Origin: Tubiluchus corallicola
Taxonomy: Eukaryota > Animalia > Priapulida
DNA length: 64,000 bases
Assembly: GCA_030141605.1 (NCBI GenBank)
Contig: JAQGDQ010000926.1
Location: 15,888 to 79,887, forward strand
Direction of reading: 5' to 3'
A program made the position numbers and the translations under genes. Below are positions 26,158 to 38,296 of the stretch, in pieces; the stretch's first letter is position 1, and the number at the start of each line of letters is the position of its first letter. The notes under the pieces are model-generated. The model ran no database searches. It saw only the letters and a program-made list of their open reading frames with translations, and had not been told where the DNA came from.

Positions 26158-26456
26158 CATGAATGAATTTACTATGCCCACCTATGTTCATGAATTTACT
26201 ATGCCCACCATGTTCATGAATTTACTATGCTCACCTGTGTTCATGAATTTACTATGCTCACCTATGTTCATGAATTTACTATGCCCACCTATGTTCATGA
26301 ATTTACTATGCTCACCTATGTTCATGAATTTACTATGCTCACCTATGTTCATGAATTTACTATGCTCACCTATGTTCATGAATTTACTATGCCCACCTAT
26401 GTTCATGAATTTACTATGCCCACCTATGTTCATGAATTTACTATGCTCACCTATGT
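26158..26456. repeat. Minisatellite, 27-bp unit, ~11 copies
   Basis: CATGAATTTACTATGCTCACCTATGTT, starting 6 nt after a donor. Confidence 0.95.
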
Positions 26457-26726
26457 GATTGGAATAATTTTTGACTGAACATGCCTGGATTAGACCCAAC
26501 AAGAGGCCCGTATGAATTATAAACTTACTGACTTATTTTACATTTTAATTTAGTTATGCATTAGTAGTCTTGCAAACTTAACTGACCATCCAAGAAAAAA
26601 CTTGGAGTGACCTTAGGCTCTACCAGTAGTTTTCTAGTCCTTTTTTCTAGAACGCAGACTAAACTATATACATTAATTTAGTCTTAAATATTTCGTCATT
26701 TATACAGACAAATTTTGGGAGAACTT

Positions 26727-27087
26727 CAGGGTTCCCATGGTCAGGGAAAATCCTTGAAAATACGGGCTATTCTGGGAAGTCATATAAAAAGTCAGGGAAA
26801 TTGGAAAGGGTTGCAAAAATAATCACCGTCAAACGATATTTTTCCAAACATGTTTTTCAGCGATTTGTTTTAGCTATGTCTGGCTCCCAGTTTCGATTTC
26901 TGTCCCAAAAATAGTGATTGGCCGATACATATTAGTGTATGTATGAATGTCCAGACACAAAAATGTTTGAATATGTATACTGGTAATTCAATTTCTGTTT
27001 ATCTTGATCATGGAAAATCAATATTTGGTCAGGGAAAAGTCATGGAAAAGTCTGGGAAATTTATTTTAAAATTCTGTGAGAATCTTG
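26727..27087. mobile_element. Degraded hAT-like MITE
   Basis: Starts CAGGGTTCCC; repeated GTCAGGGAAA subterminal motifs at both ends; right TIR decayed. Confidence 0.4.
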
Positions 27088-27332
27088 GAACTGGATCCTC
27101 TGTTAGCTTTGCCGAGTCCAGCTGATTTGGATCTGTATCTGAAAAATTGTATCTGATTTACAGTTCTCTAAAAGTTTCTTTATAAATTATGAAATATTTT
27201 CCGTTTTACTTACTTTTAGTAGTGATACATAGACAAAATTCGTATAAATTGCATAGATAGTGTCAGCGATATTTCTGTTTTCTTAAATGCTTGAATGTTT
27301 GGAGACATTTATTATGCTTATTTCTTTTACAG

Positions 27333-27403
27333 CATACACATTCACCCAAGCTAGTACCTTTACTCGTTAGTCAACTATCGTCCAAGTCAAAAGAAATAAG
27401 AAG
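27333..27403 (+). CDS. CLASP: CLASP exon, TOG2 (HTHSPKLVPLLVSQLSSKSKEIR)
   Basis: HTH.P.L.P...SKS..IR motif; phase 0-2. Confidence 0.93.
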
Positions 27404-27523
27404 GTATATTATGGTTTCTTTTCTTCACGATTTTTGCGATTGAATTAAAACAAAAAACCGCGCTCGCAAATAAAAAGTTTTCGAAATATGTTCCTCTATA
27501 TTTTGATCCTTGCCACTTTAATC

Positions 27524-27983
27524 CAGGGATTGAATTTTGCGCGGATACGCGGAATTCCTGGTTTTTGGAAGACCAGTGGTGCCATTTTTGTAAATCGTGT
27601 AAATTCGTTGACTAAATTTTTACGGACCCAGTACATTATTTCACAAGCTGGCCGCTAGTTGGCAGGTCATCACTTTGTTTACATCACGTACATCAGTGTA
27701 CCCACGTGTATATCTCTATGTATAAAAATATAGAATCAATTGTGCGGAGTTATTTGAGTCAATTGCAGACAGTTTTTATATACTTTTGCATAGGAGCGGC
27801 CAGTACATAAGCATTTTTGAGACAATTAGGTATCATGTATCCTTGATAGTTGTGTATTTTAAATTATGCATGAAACAAGGTAATTGATATTTTAAGTCCA
27901 CTTAGAGGCTCTCTATGGCCTAGGTGTCCCCCAAACCCCCGGCCTGTTTCAGAGTTTTTTGCAATTTGTCATTCTCATCCATG
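27524..27983 (+). mobile_element. hAT-like MITE family C, copy 2
   Basis: Near-identical interior to copy 1; TSD not recognisable. Confidence 0.78.
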
Positions 27984-28130
27984 ATTATAGGTAGGTTTCT
28001 TACCTTGGTACTTTTTACTATTTTGTTCAAGGCTGATATTATAGGACTTAAGGACTTGAGCTCTTCTTGGTAAAATTGTACCAACACCCATGCTAATTTC
28101 CTGCTAGAAGCTCCTGTCACTATCATATTA

Positions 28131-28479
28131 CAGTCAACCCTCGTTAAACCGGACTAATTGGGGGGGGGGGGGGCAGGCTCCTGTTTAGCCGATTGTGCGA
28201 TTTATCCGATATGCCTGTGTATGATCTATATTATACAGGAATAATCACCTTAATAAGGCCTACATACATTGCAATATATACATTGCACTATATAGTATAC
28301 TGTATATTACTTTAAAATAGTTAACCTGTGAGGATAAAGAAAATATTGTACAGTTGGTAGGCCGTGTTGTGTTTAGCGCTCGGGCTCTTACGGAAATCGG
28401 TCAGTTTCCTTTACCACAGATGACGTCCGTCTTATCCGATATCCGGGCTAACGGGGTCCGGTTTAACGAGGGTCGACTG
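28131..28479 (+). mobile_element. pogo/Tigger-like MITE family D, copy 1
   Basis: TA|CAGTCAACCCTCGTTAAAC ... GTTTAACGAGGGTCGACTG|TA. Confidence 0.88.
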
Positions 28480-28807
28480 TAATTAGAAAGTGCAAAAACA
28501 CACTCGACAGAAAGATTAGGGAGACTTCGGATCTCCTCTTCAAATTTACTGTGACTGGGGAATGATTGTTGCAAGTTTATTTGGAAGAAAACTATTTAAA
28601 TAGAATTTCATTAAATTTCACTTCAGCAATATTAATGAAAGATTTTGCATATCATACTTTATGTATTAATACAAAAAACAAACATACACTAGATTTTACT
28701 GCAACAAGGCTGGCTATTTGCCTTATTTACATGGTACATTTCTGCATGGAAGCTACAGAACCATTCCAACTAGTTAAAACATCGTTCAAGCCGCTTTGAT
28801 TGTATTA

Positions 28808-30183
28808 ATAGTGATAAAAAGTATTTATAATGTGTAGTGTAAATAAACTAAAACAATACTTTATAGTGATAAAAAGTACTTATAACGTGTAGCGTAAGTA
28901 AAGTGAAGCAATACTTTATAGTGATAAAAAGTACTTATAACGTGTAATGTAAGTAAAGTGAAGCAATACTTAATAGTGATAAAAAGTACTTATAACGTGT
29001 AGTGTAAGTAAAGTGAAGCATTACTTTATAGTGATAAAAAGTACTTATAACGTGTAATGTAAGTAAAGTGAAGCAATACTTTATAGTGATAAAAAGTACT
29101 TATAACGTGTAATGTAAGTAAAGTAAAGCAATACTTTATAGTGATAAAAAGTACTTATAACGTGTAATGTAAGTAAAGTGAAGCAATACTTTATAGTGAT
29201 AAAAAGTACTTATAATGTGTAATGTGAGTAAACTGAAACGATACTTTATAGTGATAAAAAGTACTTATAATGTGTAATGTAAGTAAAGTGAAGCAATACT
29301 TTATAGTGATAAAAAGTACTTATAACGTGTAGCGTAAGTAAAGTGAAGCAATACTTTATAGTGATAAAAAGTACTTATAACGTGTAATGTAAGTAAAGTG
29401 AAGCAATACTTAATAGTGATAAAAAGTACTTATAACGTGTAGTGTAAGTAAAGTGAAGCATTACTTTATAGTGATAAAAAGTACTTATAATGTGTAATGT
29501 AAGTAAACTGAAACGATACTTTATAGTGATAAAAAGTACTTATAATGTGTAATGTGAGTAAACTGAAACCGTACTTTATAGTGATAAAAAGTACTTATAA
29601 TGTGTAATGTAAGTAAAGTGAAGCAATACTTTATAGTGATAAAAAGTACTTATAATGTGTAATGTGAGTAAACTGAAACGATACTTTATAGTGATAAAAA
29701 GTACTTATAATGTGTAATGTAAGTAAACTGAAACGATACTTTATAGTGATAAAAAGTACTTATAATGTGTAATGTGAGTAAACTGAAACCGTACTTTATA
29801 GTGATAAAAAGTACTTATAATGTGTAATGTAAGTAAACTGAAACAGTACTTTATAGTGATAAAAAGTACTTATAATGTGTAATGTAAGTAAACTGAAACA
29901 ATACTTTATAGTGATAAAAAGTACTTATAATGTGTAATGTAAGTAAACTGAAACAATACTTTATAGTGATAAAAAGTACTTATAATGTGTAATGTGAGTA
30001 AACTGAAACAGTACTTTATAGTGATAAAAAGTACTTATAATGTGTAATGTAAGTAAACTGAAACAGTACTTTATAGTGATAAAAAGTACTTATAATGTGT
30101 AATGTAAGTAAACTGAAACAATACTTTATAGTGATAAAAAGTACTTATAATGTGTAATGTAAGTAAACTGAAACAGTACTTTA
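28808..30183. repeat. Minisatellite, 55-bp unit, ~25 copies
   Basis: TACTTTATAGTGATAAAAAGTACTTATAATGTGTAATGTAAGTAAACTGAAACAA. Confidence 0.95.
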
Positions 30184-30190
30184 TTTCTAG

Positions 30191-30328
30191 ACAATGTGCA
30201 GAGATGCTGGATCAGATGCTACACACGTGGCCAACACACGCGCTGGAGCGCCACATCGCTGCATTGCAGGAGGCGATAAAAAAGGGCATCTCCGACGCCG
30301 ACCCGGACGCACGCGTGCACTCGCGACG
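30191..30328 (+). CDS. CLASP: CLASP exon, TOG2 (QCAEML...WPTHALERH...IKKGISDADPDAR)
   Basis: W.TH.LERH and IKKGI.DAD.EAR-like motifs. Confidence 0.96.
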
Positions 30329-30899
30329 GTAATAACCGTGTCATTTCTACGTGCATAGATTTTATGTTAACAAATTTTATATTATTTATCCCGTGGGCTT
30401 ACGTGTATTCTATTTTTTCACATACAATAATAATAATAATAATCTTTTTACTTATCTTGCAACACACGCACAGTTATAATACAATTAATTTGGAAACAAA
30501 AATGTGAAGAAAGGGCAGCGAAAGACCAATTGGTCATCTAGTCAGCTGCCCTTTGGTTAGTGATGAACATTTTTTAAAGGCGCTATGCTACAGTGTATTA
30601 GTGTTAGTACTGCTTATAATAAAAACTAAATTGTTATGAATGACATTAAATTGATATGCTTATAACGTGTTAGTACAATTCATAAACAGTAATAATAGGT
30701 GCATAATAAAAAAAATCAAACTGAAAATAACTGAAATAAAACTGAACTGAAATAAGAACTGAAATAAAAATCTGACAACAGAAACATAATAACAATGGCA
30801 ACTGAAATAGACTTTATAACACAAGCATAATTCTTGGACATAAGCAAGCGAGTGTATAATGGAGTCGTAATGATATCTTATAATACCTTCTTACTGTAG

Positions 30900-31162
30900 G
30901 GCTTTCTGGGGTTTTGCGGATCATTTCAAGGATCAGGCCGACAGGTTGTTGCAATCACTTGACGCCAGCAAACAGAAGTTACTGCAGGGGGAACTCAGTA
31001 ACAGTTCAAGCACCAACTCGCTAAGCAGTGCCGGACGTGTGTCGTCTCGTTACGGTAGATCCAGTGTCAGTTCCAAGGAGAACTTGACAGGATCCGCTTC
31101 TCGGCGCCCACGAGGGAGCAGCACGAGTCGTACTATCGGTAGCCCTGCCAGCAGTGACTATG
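30900..31162 (+). CDS. CLASP: CLASP exon, TOG2 end and S-rich linker (AFWGFADHF...)
   Basis: WGF..HF motif followed by Ser/Arg-rich sequence; phase 2-1. Confidence 0.93.
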
Positions 31163-31258
31163 GTAATTCTTTTTTTGTAAAGTTACCTTTCGGGTGTGCA
31201 ATGTATTTCGTGCACATTACGTGGACTTCTTGAAGAATGAGGATTTTTTGAACATTTA

Positions 31259-31569
31259 CAGTCAACCCTCGTTAAACGGGGGTCCGGTTTAGCCGATTGT
31301 CCGATTTATCCCATATGCCTGTATATGGTCTATATTATACAGGAATAATCACCTTAATAAGGCCTATATACATTGCACTATATACTACACTGTATATTAC
31401 TTTAAAATAGTTAACCTGTGAGGATAAAGAAATTATTGTACAGTTGGTAGGCCGTGTTGTGTTTAGCACTCGGGCTCGGACGGAAATCGGTCAGTTTCCT
31501 TTACCACGGATGACGTCCGTCTTATCCGATATCCGGGCTAACAGGGTCCGGTTTAACGAGGGTTGACTG
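31259..31569 (+). mobile_element. pogo/Tigger-like MITE family D, copy 2
   Basis: Same TIR and TA flanks; near-identical interior. Confidence 0.88.
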
Positions 31570-31761
31570 TAATTTAGGTTTTGATGGAGGGCACTGTATC
31601 TGCCTAATGTTTTGTAATGAGTAATATATATTGTAAATTGCTTTTTTGCTTTTGTATGTGGGTTGACGCTGTTTCACTTGCACTGGTGTTTGGTTTGTTT
31701 TTTCTGCAATGCGGTGGAATTTTATAGAGAATGTTTAATTCTGAAATTAATGCATGCGTAG

Positions 31762-31896
31762 GTGATGGTCGACCGGGCATGGTTCGTGCACCCCGCTCTA
31801 ACAGCGCTATCGACGCCAGCGCCGTGCAACGTGCTCGAGTGAGAGCTGGCGGAGTCGGTTCACGGTTTGAGAAGACTTCTAATTACTCTTCTTTAC
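31762..31896 (+). CDS. CLASP: CLASP exon (RSNSAIDASAVQRARVR)
   Basis: RS.S.ID..A..RA.. motif; 135 nt, phase 1-1. Confidence 0.9.
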
Positions 31897-32430
31897 GTAA
31901 GTGGTCTTTGCATTAGCCGAGGAGTTGTGTATTTGTGCTGTCACTGATATTGCTCTATCACAGCTTATCTAACACTATTGTATTCCCTTATATTATTTTC
32001 TGTATTGGTAAAACTATTTCTCAATGTTATGACGGTTTTTATTGATTTCAAAAGAAAGTTCATCTTTTAATTCTGGAAGATGATCTTTATATTCAGACTT
32101 GCGATTTGAAAAAAAAACATTCTGTTCATTTGCCGTTTCTTTTCCGTATCTGTTGTTTTATTTATGATTTTTCTCATTTCTGCATCAGTGGCTTTACTTA
32201 TGGTTTGTTTTGTTCTGCATGCAGAGACGGATGTTGGTGGTGGCAAGAAAGCTGAGATTATGTCTTGCATGTAGATACAAGGTTCCATTAATACATGTAT
32301 GTAGAAAACTTGGCTAAGTAACGGTTAAACGATTAGCAATGTTCTAAACAGTTACACCAGTTGGCAGTTGGTTAAACATTTAACCATATCATAGGCACAT
32401 GCATAGCATTTTATGTTCTTATTTTTGCAG

Positions 32431-32484
32431 CTCGTTCAGCAAAGCAGGATGAACGTGGACGATCCAAAGCATCGCATTCACAAC
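32431..32484 (+). CDS. CLASP: CLASP exon (RSAKQDERGRSKASHSQ)
   Basis: RGRS..S.SQ leading into the conserved PGSRS.SP; 54 nt, phase 1-1. Confidence 0.88.
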
Positions 32485-33348
32485 GTAAGTATGGCAGCAT
32501 TTTGTAACTTTGTGAATAAGCTGTTCTTGATCAGAGTTTACTGTTGTTCACACTTGAGAGTGCTTTTAATTTCCGGAAATCAATCTATTCTAAAACGGGG
32601 AAATTTTATTAGTAGTGAAATCTGTTAAATTGTGTATGCATATTTTCATTCAGTTTTCTGAACGTCTGAAGTTGTTTATTATAACAGTAGCAGTTATTGC
32701 CAGTTTTGATCTATTTATAAATGTCTTGGCACTTGTTGTGAAAGTCATGTTTGAGGTTGTAGTTGAACACTTTGTCGAAAACGAATAAAACACTATACTA
32801 CATATCTGCACAAAACTGAAAAGCGTTTATTAGACTAAGTACACATATGTAGAATGACTGCTACACTGAACACTGAGAACAAGAGTATCCTGCACTGATC
32901 ACTGAGAGTTAGACAGTAACATGAGTATCACGACTGCTGCACTGCACTGAGAGTGAGACAGTGACTAGAAAGTTAATCCAGTCAGTATATATATAGGTAT
33001 AGGTAATTATGCAAACTTGGCTTCACAAAAACTATTACTGAAAAATAAGGAGAGATCCAGTGAGTATGCATATTCACTGGATCGTACAGTTATACTAGCG
33101 GTGAGTTTAGCTAGTAAAATGTAAAGGGATTAGTTAATAGATGGCAGCACCTAAAAATATGCAGTTACAATTTCCACACTTATATTTACATATCTCTTAG
33201 CACTCCTTTGCACTCTGGTGTTATGCTACCAGCTGCATACAAACTCTCTTGTTTACTATGTATTTTTGCGCCGAATCTGCTTACAGAACTGGCAGAAATT
33301 CATTCCAAATTTCTTGCACTTGTTTAATACGTTGTTTTGTTTGCACAG

Positions 33349-33564
33349 CGGGCAGTCGGTCAAATTCGCCGTCGTCGCGCTTCAGCTACCAAACGTACAC
33401 GGGCGGACCGAGCAGCGAGAGAAAACCCCGCAGGTCGGGGATACCCCGCAGCACGGGAACTAGTCGTGACAACAGCCCCAATCGTCTGAATAGTAGCTAC
33501 GGCCGAGAGAGGAGACTCAGTGGCAGTACGGCGTCTGGATCGCGGCCGGGCAGGGTGAACAAAA
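33349..33564 (+). CDS. CLASP: CLASP exon, S/R-rich region with SxIP EB1-binding motif (RRSGIPRS)
   Basis: PGSRSNSP...SGIPRSTGTSRDNSP; SGIP at 33435-33446. Confidence 0.93.
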
Positions 33565-33597
33565 GTGAGTGGTTTATGAACAGATGATTGTCAGCGC

Positions 33598-33817
33598 TTG
33601 AATATGTGATCCTAGCTGATCCTTGAATATGTGATCCTAGCTGATCCTTGAATATGTGATCCTAGCTGATCCTTGAATATGTGATCCTAGCTGATCCTTG
33701 AATATGTGATCCTAGCTGATCCTTGAATATGTGATCCTTGGATATGTGATCCTAGCTGATCCTTGAATATGTGATCCTAACTGATCCTTGAATACGTGAT
33801 CCTAGCTGATCCTTGAA
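33598..33817. repeat. Minisatellite, 25-bp unit, ~9 copies
   Basis: TTGAATATGTGATCCTAGCTGATCC. Confidence 0.93.
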
Positions 33818-34558
33818 CGTAATACAAATAAGAAATACTGCACAGAAAAAGCCTCAAACACTGGTCATTTATACACGAAGGTAAATGCGTTGCGGGCAAT
33901 CAAAAAGCAGGGCTTGTTAGATTGTCCCACACAGTGATAGAAAAAAAAGTAATGGAAATAATCTGAAAATTTAAAGTGAATCATGATAAAAAAACATTAG
34001 TGCTTAAAATGGAATGATGTAATGAATGAAGCTCATATATGGGATGATATAAAAGATAGAAAGACTATTATTTGTATGTAACATAGTATGTAAAATTAAG
34101 ATAACTTGATTAAGCTAACACTACTGTTTTGCAGCTGTGATCATTTTGACTTTGTCATTTTACTTACTGTTTATGTATAAACTTTATTTATTTTGAGTGG
34201 ATATTCAACACAGCAGGCTCTATAACTGATCACAGTATTTCAACTACATGTAGTACATTTTAAAGACAGATATATATACAATTAGTTCGAGCTTATAATT
34301 ACACAAACGGTTAGTTCAAAAATACGAGTAGTTTATTAGTTAACACTTAATTGAGTTATACAAAACCAATAGGGTAGATATAATAACAGAAACTATTATC
34401 TGTCTGCTTCAGCTCATAAGCCCATACAAAAGTACAACTGGCGTTTAATGCACAAATGCCTACCGTTTAACGGAAGCTCGTTCTGGAGTATTTTTTCTTG
34501 ACAACTTATTACAAATGGCTACTGATTTATTGATTACATAATGTTTTTTTTTATTTAG

Positions 34559-34641
34559 CACCAAGTGGCAATGCTAATGTATTGGCACAGCGAGAGTTGA
34601 TACCGGGAAAAGAGTCAGAGACGGCGCTACACGATGCACTG
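34559..34641 (+). CDS. CLASP: CLASP exon (VLAQRELIPGKESETALHDAL)
   Basis: Resembles the CLASP E.A.ADAL motif; phase 1-0. Confidence 0.88.
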
Positions 34642-34797
34642 GTAAGCCGTTGGTGGCATTTGTCTGTAAATTCTGAAATGTTGCATTTGTTTTTTGTTTC
34701 TGGTTAATATTACAAACCCGGTATTCGTGCTTGGAAACAATTTCTGTGAGAATTTATGACATTAGCATCATAAATAAGAAAAAAACTTCATTTAACC

Positions 34798-35287
34798 CAG
34801 GGGTGTGCAAATTATCTGACTAGCCCCGGGCCACATTAAACTTTCCCACAATTCCTGCGGGCCACAGGCAGTTTGATCAAGGAGCCAAGTACAGCAGGAT
34901 CTAGTAACGATTTTTTGCATCCGACCTGCGTACATCATTACTACTACACTCAATAAACTATTTTAGAAGTTATTAAAATTTATATTACAAACCATATATT
35001 TCTACTTTCAGGACAAATAGTGGTCATTTCATTACAATGCATATTAGTAATGTGTATCACACAGTCTGTATAGTACAGTGACATTAAGCTACAACCGTCT
35101 TGTAAGGGTTAATGGCATCCGATCTAGTAGAAAAAACTACCCGCACTATCTTTGGGATCGTGGCACGGACTTCAGCTGGACACACTTAATTAATCGCCCG
35201 GGCCGTACTTTCATTAGGTTGACAAATCTCTTCGCGGGCCGCACAAAATCGCAAAGTAGCCCGCGGGCTGCAATTTGCACACCCCTG
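34798..35287 (-). mobile_element. hAT MITE family B, copy 2
   Basis: Same TIR; perfect TSD ATTTAACC. Confidence 0.9.
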
Positions 35288-35845
35288 ATTTAACCATTAA
35301 TGTATAACTGTGTATGAAAAAATGTGAACTTAACCTGATAAGTTGGCTACATACTAGGTAGTTACTGCCGATTCAAGCAAAATGGAATAGTGTTAATTGT
35401 ACATTTACATTTACACATTTACAATTGTGATTGATTGCGATTCAGTTTTAAATTTTTGACTCATTATCGTGATGCAGTTACAAAAAACAGAAATGCTGCC
35501 ATGCTACCTGGGTGTACTTAACCAAAATTGTTCATTAAACAAAAGTAATAGTTCCTATAAAACAAGTGCAAAGTTCTAAGGAGTATAAGTCTTCGTCTCC
35601 AATTAAATGTTCTCCAAAAATTTCTAGTTGGCAATTTAGTACAGCCATTTTTTCTATATACTTAGGTGATCATTTTTGGTATGTACATTTAGCTAGGTAA
35701 TAACTTACGTTATGCATTACGGTATTACAGCTTAGATGTTGTTATGCAATCATATACTCTTATGTGTAGCTTGTACATCAAGGACTAACCTTCGGTTTTA
35801 AAATTGTAATAATAAACTTTATTGATATGATACCTTGATATGATA

Positions 35846-35881
<36 letters not shown>

Positions 35882-36868
35882 TATCATATCAAGGTATTAT
35901 ATTAATTAATATATATTGAGCATAAATTAGCCCCTAATTTGATTTTTCAAATAAGTGAGTTAAATATTTCGTTGAACATCAAAATTTTAACAACATCTGC
36001 TCATAATTGAAGCTATAATGCTTAAATTATGCTGAAAGTGCTATAATCTCATACTAACCTGCACAGTTTCAAAGCACACTATCTATCTTTTTATACACGC
36101 AGGTTAAAGTTTAAGCAAAATTCACCCATAAAAATACAGTTTAGCAAAGCTAGTTATGTATATAGTTAGTTAAAATTAGAAATTTGTAGTTATCCAACGA
36201 TTGTGAATTTTAATAACAATACACTTGTATATCATTATTGAGCAAACTACTAAGTAAAATTTAAAAAAAAAGACAAGAAAAAATATTACACTTACATAAT
36301 ATAAATTACAGTATCTAATAATATATCCAAATTTCTAAAAACATACCAGATGTATTTTATTTAGACAAAAGTAAAAGTAATCGTCTTAAAAATGCCGCAC
36401 ACATAACATTTACTGCATGCGAAATAAAAGCAGGCAGTGAGTTTTGACAGTAAAACTTTCCTTCATTTGTGTCATTGTGTTAATAGAGCTCAGTAAACAT
36501 GTTCAGTTTGAATGCTTTCAGTACCTGATGAAGTGTATGTGATTTGTTGCATTATAGTGTGTTTATTTACTTTATAGGTTTTACATGTCAAATGTAGACC
36601 TGCGTTAACTCAAATGTAGATTTAGGCAATTCAAATGTGTCTTGGTAACTCAAATGCAGACTTTGGTAGTTCAAATGTGTTAACAATGGTTTTCAAGAAA
36701 TCTTAAGCGTTTTTGGTAAGTCAAATGTAGACACACGTCAAGTCAAATGTCCTAGGTCTACATTTGACTTACCTAAGTCACATTTGAACTTTCCTGTGTC
36801 TATATTTGACTTGTAAAACATATATTATCTTTGAAAAGTATTATGGCATTTATTATTCTTGTTTGCAG

Positions 36869-36985
36869 ACCCGCAAAGGTGCCGGTAGACGTCGCTACGA
36901 CAACAATTACCACTCCGACGATGAGAGCGAGACGTCAAGCATCTGTTCTGAGCGATCGTTCGGTTCCTACACCCGAGGTTCTGAT
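36869..36985 (+). CDS. CLASP: CLASP exon (RRRYD...SDDESETSSICSERSFGS)
   Basis: Conserved SS.CSERS motif; 117 nt, phase 0-0. Confidence 0.94.
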
Positions 36986-37881
36986 GTAAGTATACTTCTA
37001 TGAATTTTTAAAATGTGTGGTTTCCCCGTTTAGTGTACCGTAATTTCTGACCCATATTCTCCAAGTGCAGTTATCATGTTAACGTGGCGATGGGTTTTAT
37101 TTTTCTATTCTTAATTTTTTTCATCTCTTAATAAATGCACGTACCTAAAACTACAACTCCGCGTGAGCGTGATGCATAATGCGTAATCTGTGATCCATAA
37201 TGCATGATGTGTATTGACCGTTTCCATCTGTCTGTAAACGCTAAGCGTATTAACAAAGCTCACGGCGCTCTTTCCGCCATTTTTGATTTCGTGAAAATTG
37301 CAAGCGGTAAACTTTGGAAAACATGTCTCTGTCGAAACTTAAGCGTGATAATTACAGCTTAGCTTATTATTGTTCTATTAGACGAAAAAGTTCCAAAGAA
37401 GCACATGTTTGGGGTGTACAACATTTTGCAGGGGGTGGGGGCACAATGTGACATGTATGATCGTTTAGTGAAAGAACTTCACTTAGATGCACAACACGTA
37501 ACTACATGCTTCTTCCACCTTTCAAAAACTCAAATAGAAATATTATTGTTTGTAGGTCCTAAAGTGACCAAAACTCACCTAACTAGAATTTTGAGAAAGC
37601 TATATAGCGGAAATAGTCACCGGAAACTTGAAAACTATCTAAAATCACCTAGGCAACGGCGGTTTCCCTTTTGCGCATTGCTGCGTGATGCGTATTTGGA
37701 CAATAGCAATCACGTTTGAATGAATACGGATTACGTACACATGGGAGTCGTACCCTAACTCTTTTCACAGCTAAATATCCTTATATGAATGTCGCATTTT
37801 CTAAGAATTTTATTTCCCAAAAGTTCTACACATTTCTTTCCCTGTTTAAAATATTTACCATTATGTTTTCATGCAAAACAG

Positions 37882-37911
37882 AAAGCTGACAGAGGAGAGA
37901 AAGTGAGCAAG
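37882..37911 (+). CDS. CLASP: Candidate 30-nt CLASP micro-exon (KADRGEKVSK)
   Basis: ttttcaTGCaaaacag| ... AAG|gtaaag; purine-rich, phase 0-0, no stop. No homology support. Confidence 0.4.
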
Positions 37912-38296
37912 GTAAAGGTTTCATGACTAGTTTTTGCTTATGGTTGTCTCTAAACACTCATTTTATTTTGCAACATGAGAACCGTCAGGGATTGTGGCTA
38001 TGTATGTGTCGTTGTAAAAGGGTTGGTTTGTGACCTATGGTTTGTACAGCACATTTCTGCAAACCATTGCGCAAAGTTCCAAGAAAACATCGCACACTTT
38101 TCACGTAATTTTATTAACTGAGTATGAATATCTATAGCTTAAATTAGTAACTACATACGACTGCAAGAAGTGCTTTTAAAAAACTTGCACCATTTTGCAA
38201 TTCAAATGCAACCCAAAAAAATCGCTCGGTTGTCATAGCAACAGCAACTTTACCAATGCCCAGTCTGCATTGTGTTCTTACTTGTTGAAGCTACAA

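Noticed and set aside
30509-30554. Stem-loop AAAGGGCAGC...GCTGCCCTTT as ncRNA or terminator
   Set aside because: Adjacent to a (TAA)n tract; more likely the 3' UTR hairpin of a minus-strand LINE remnant.
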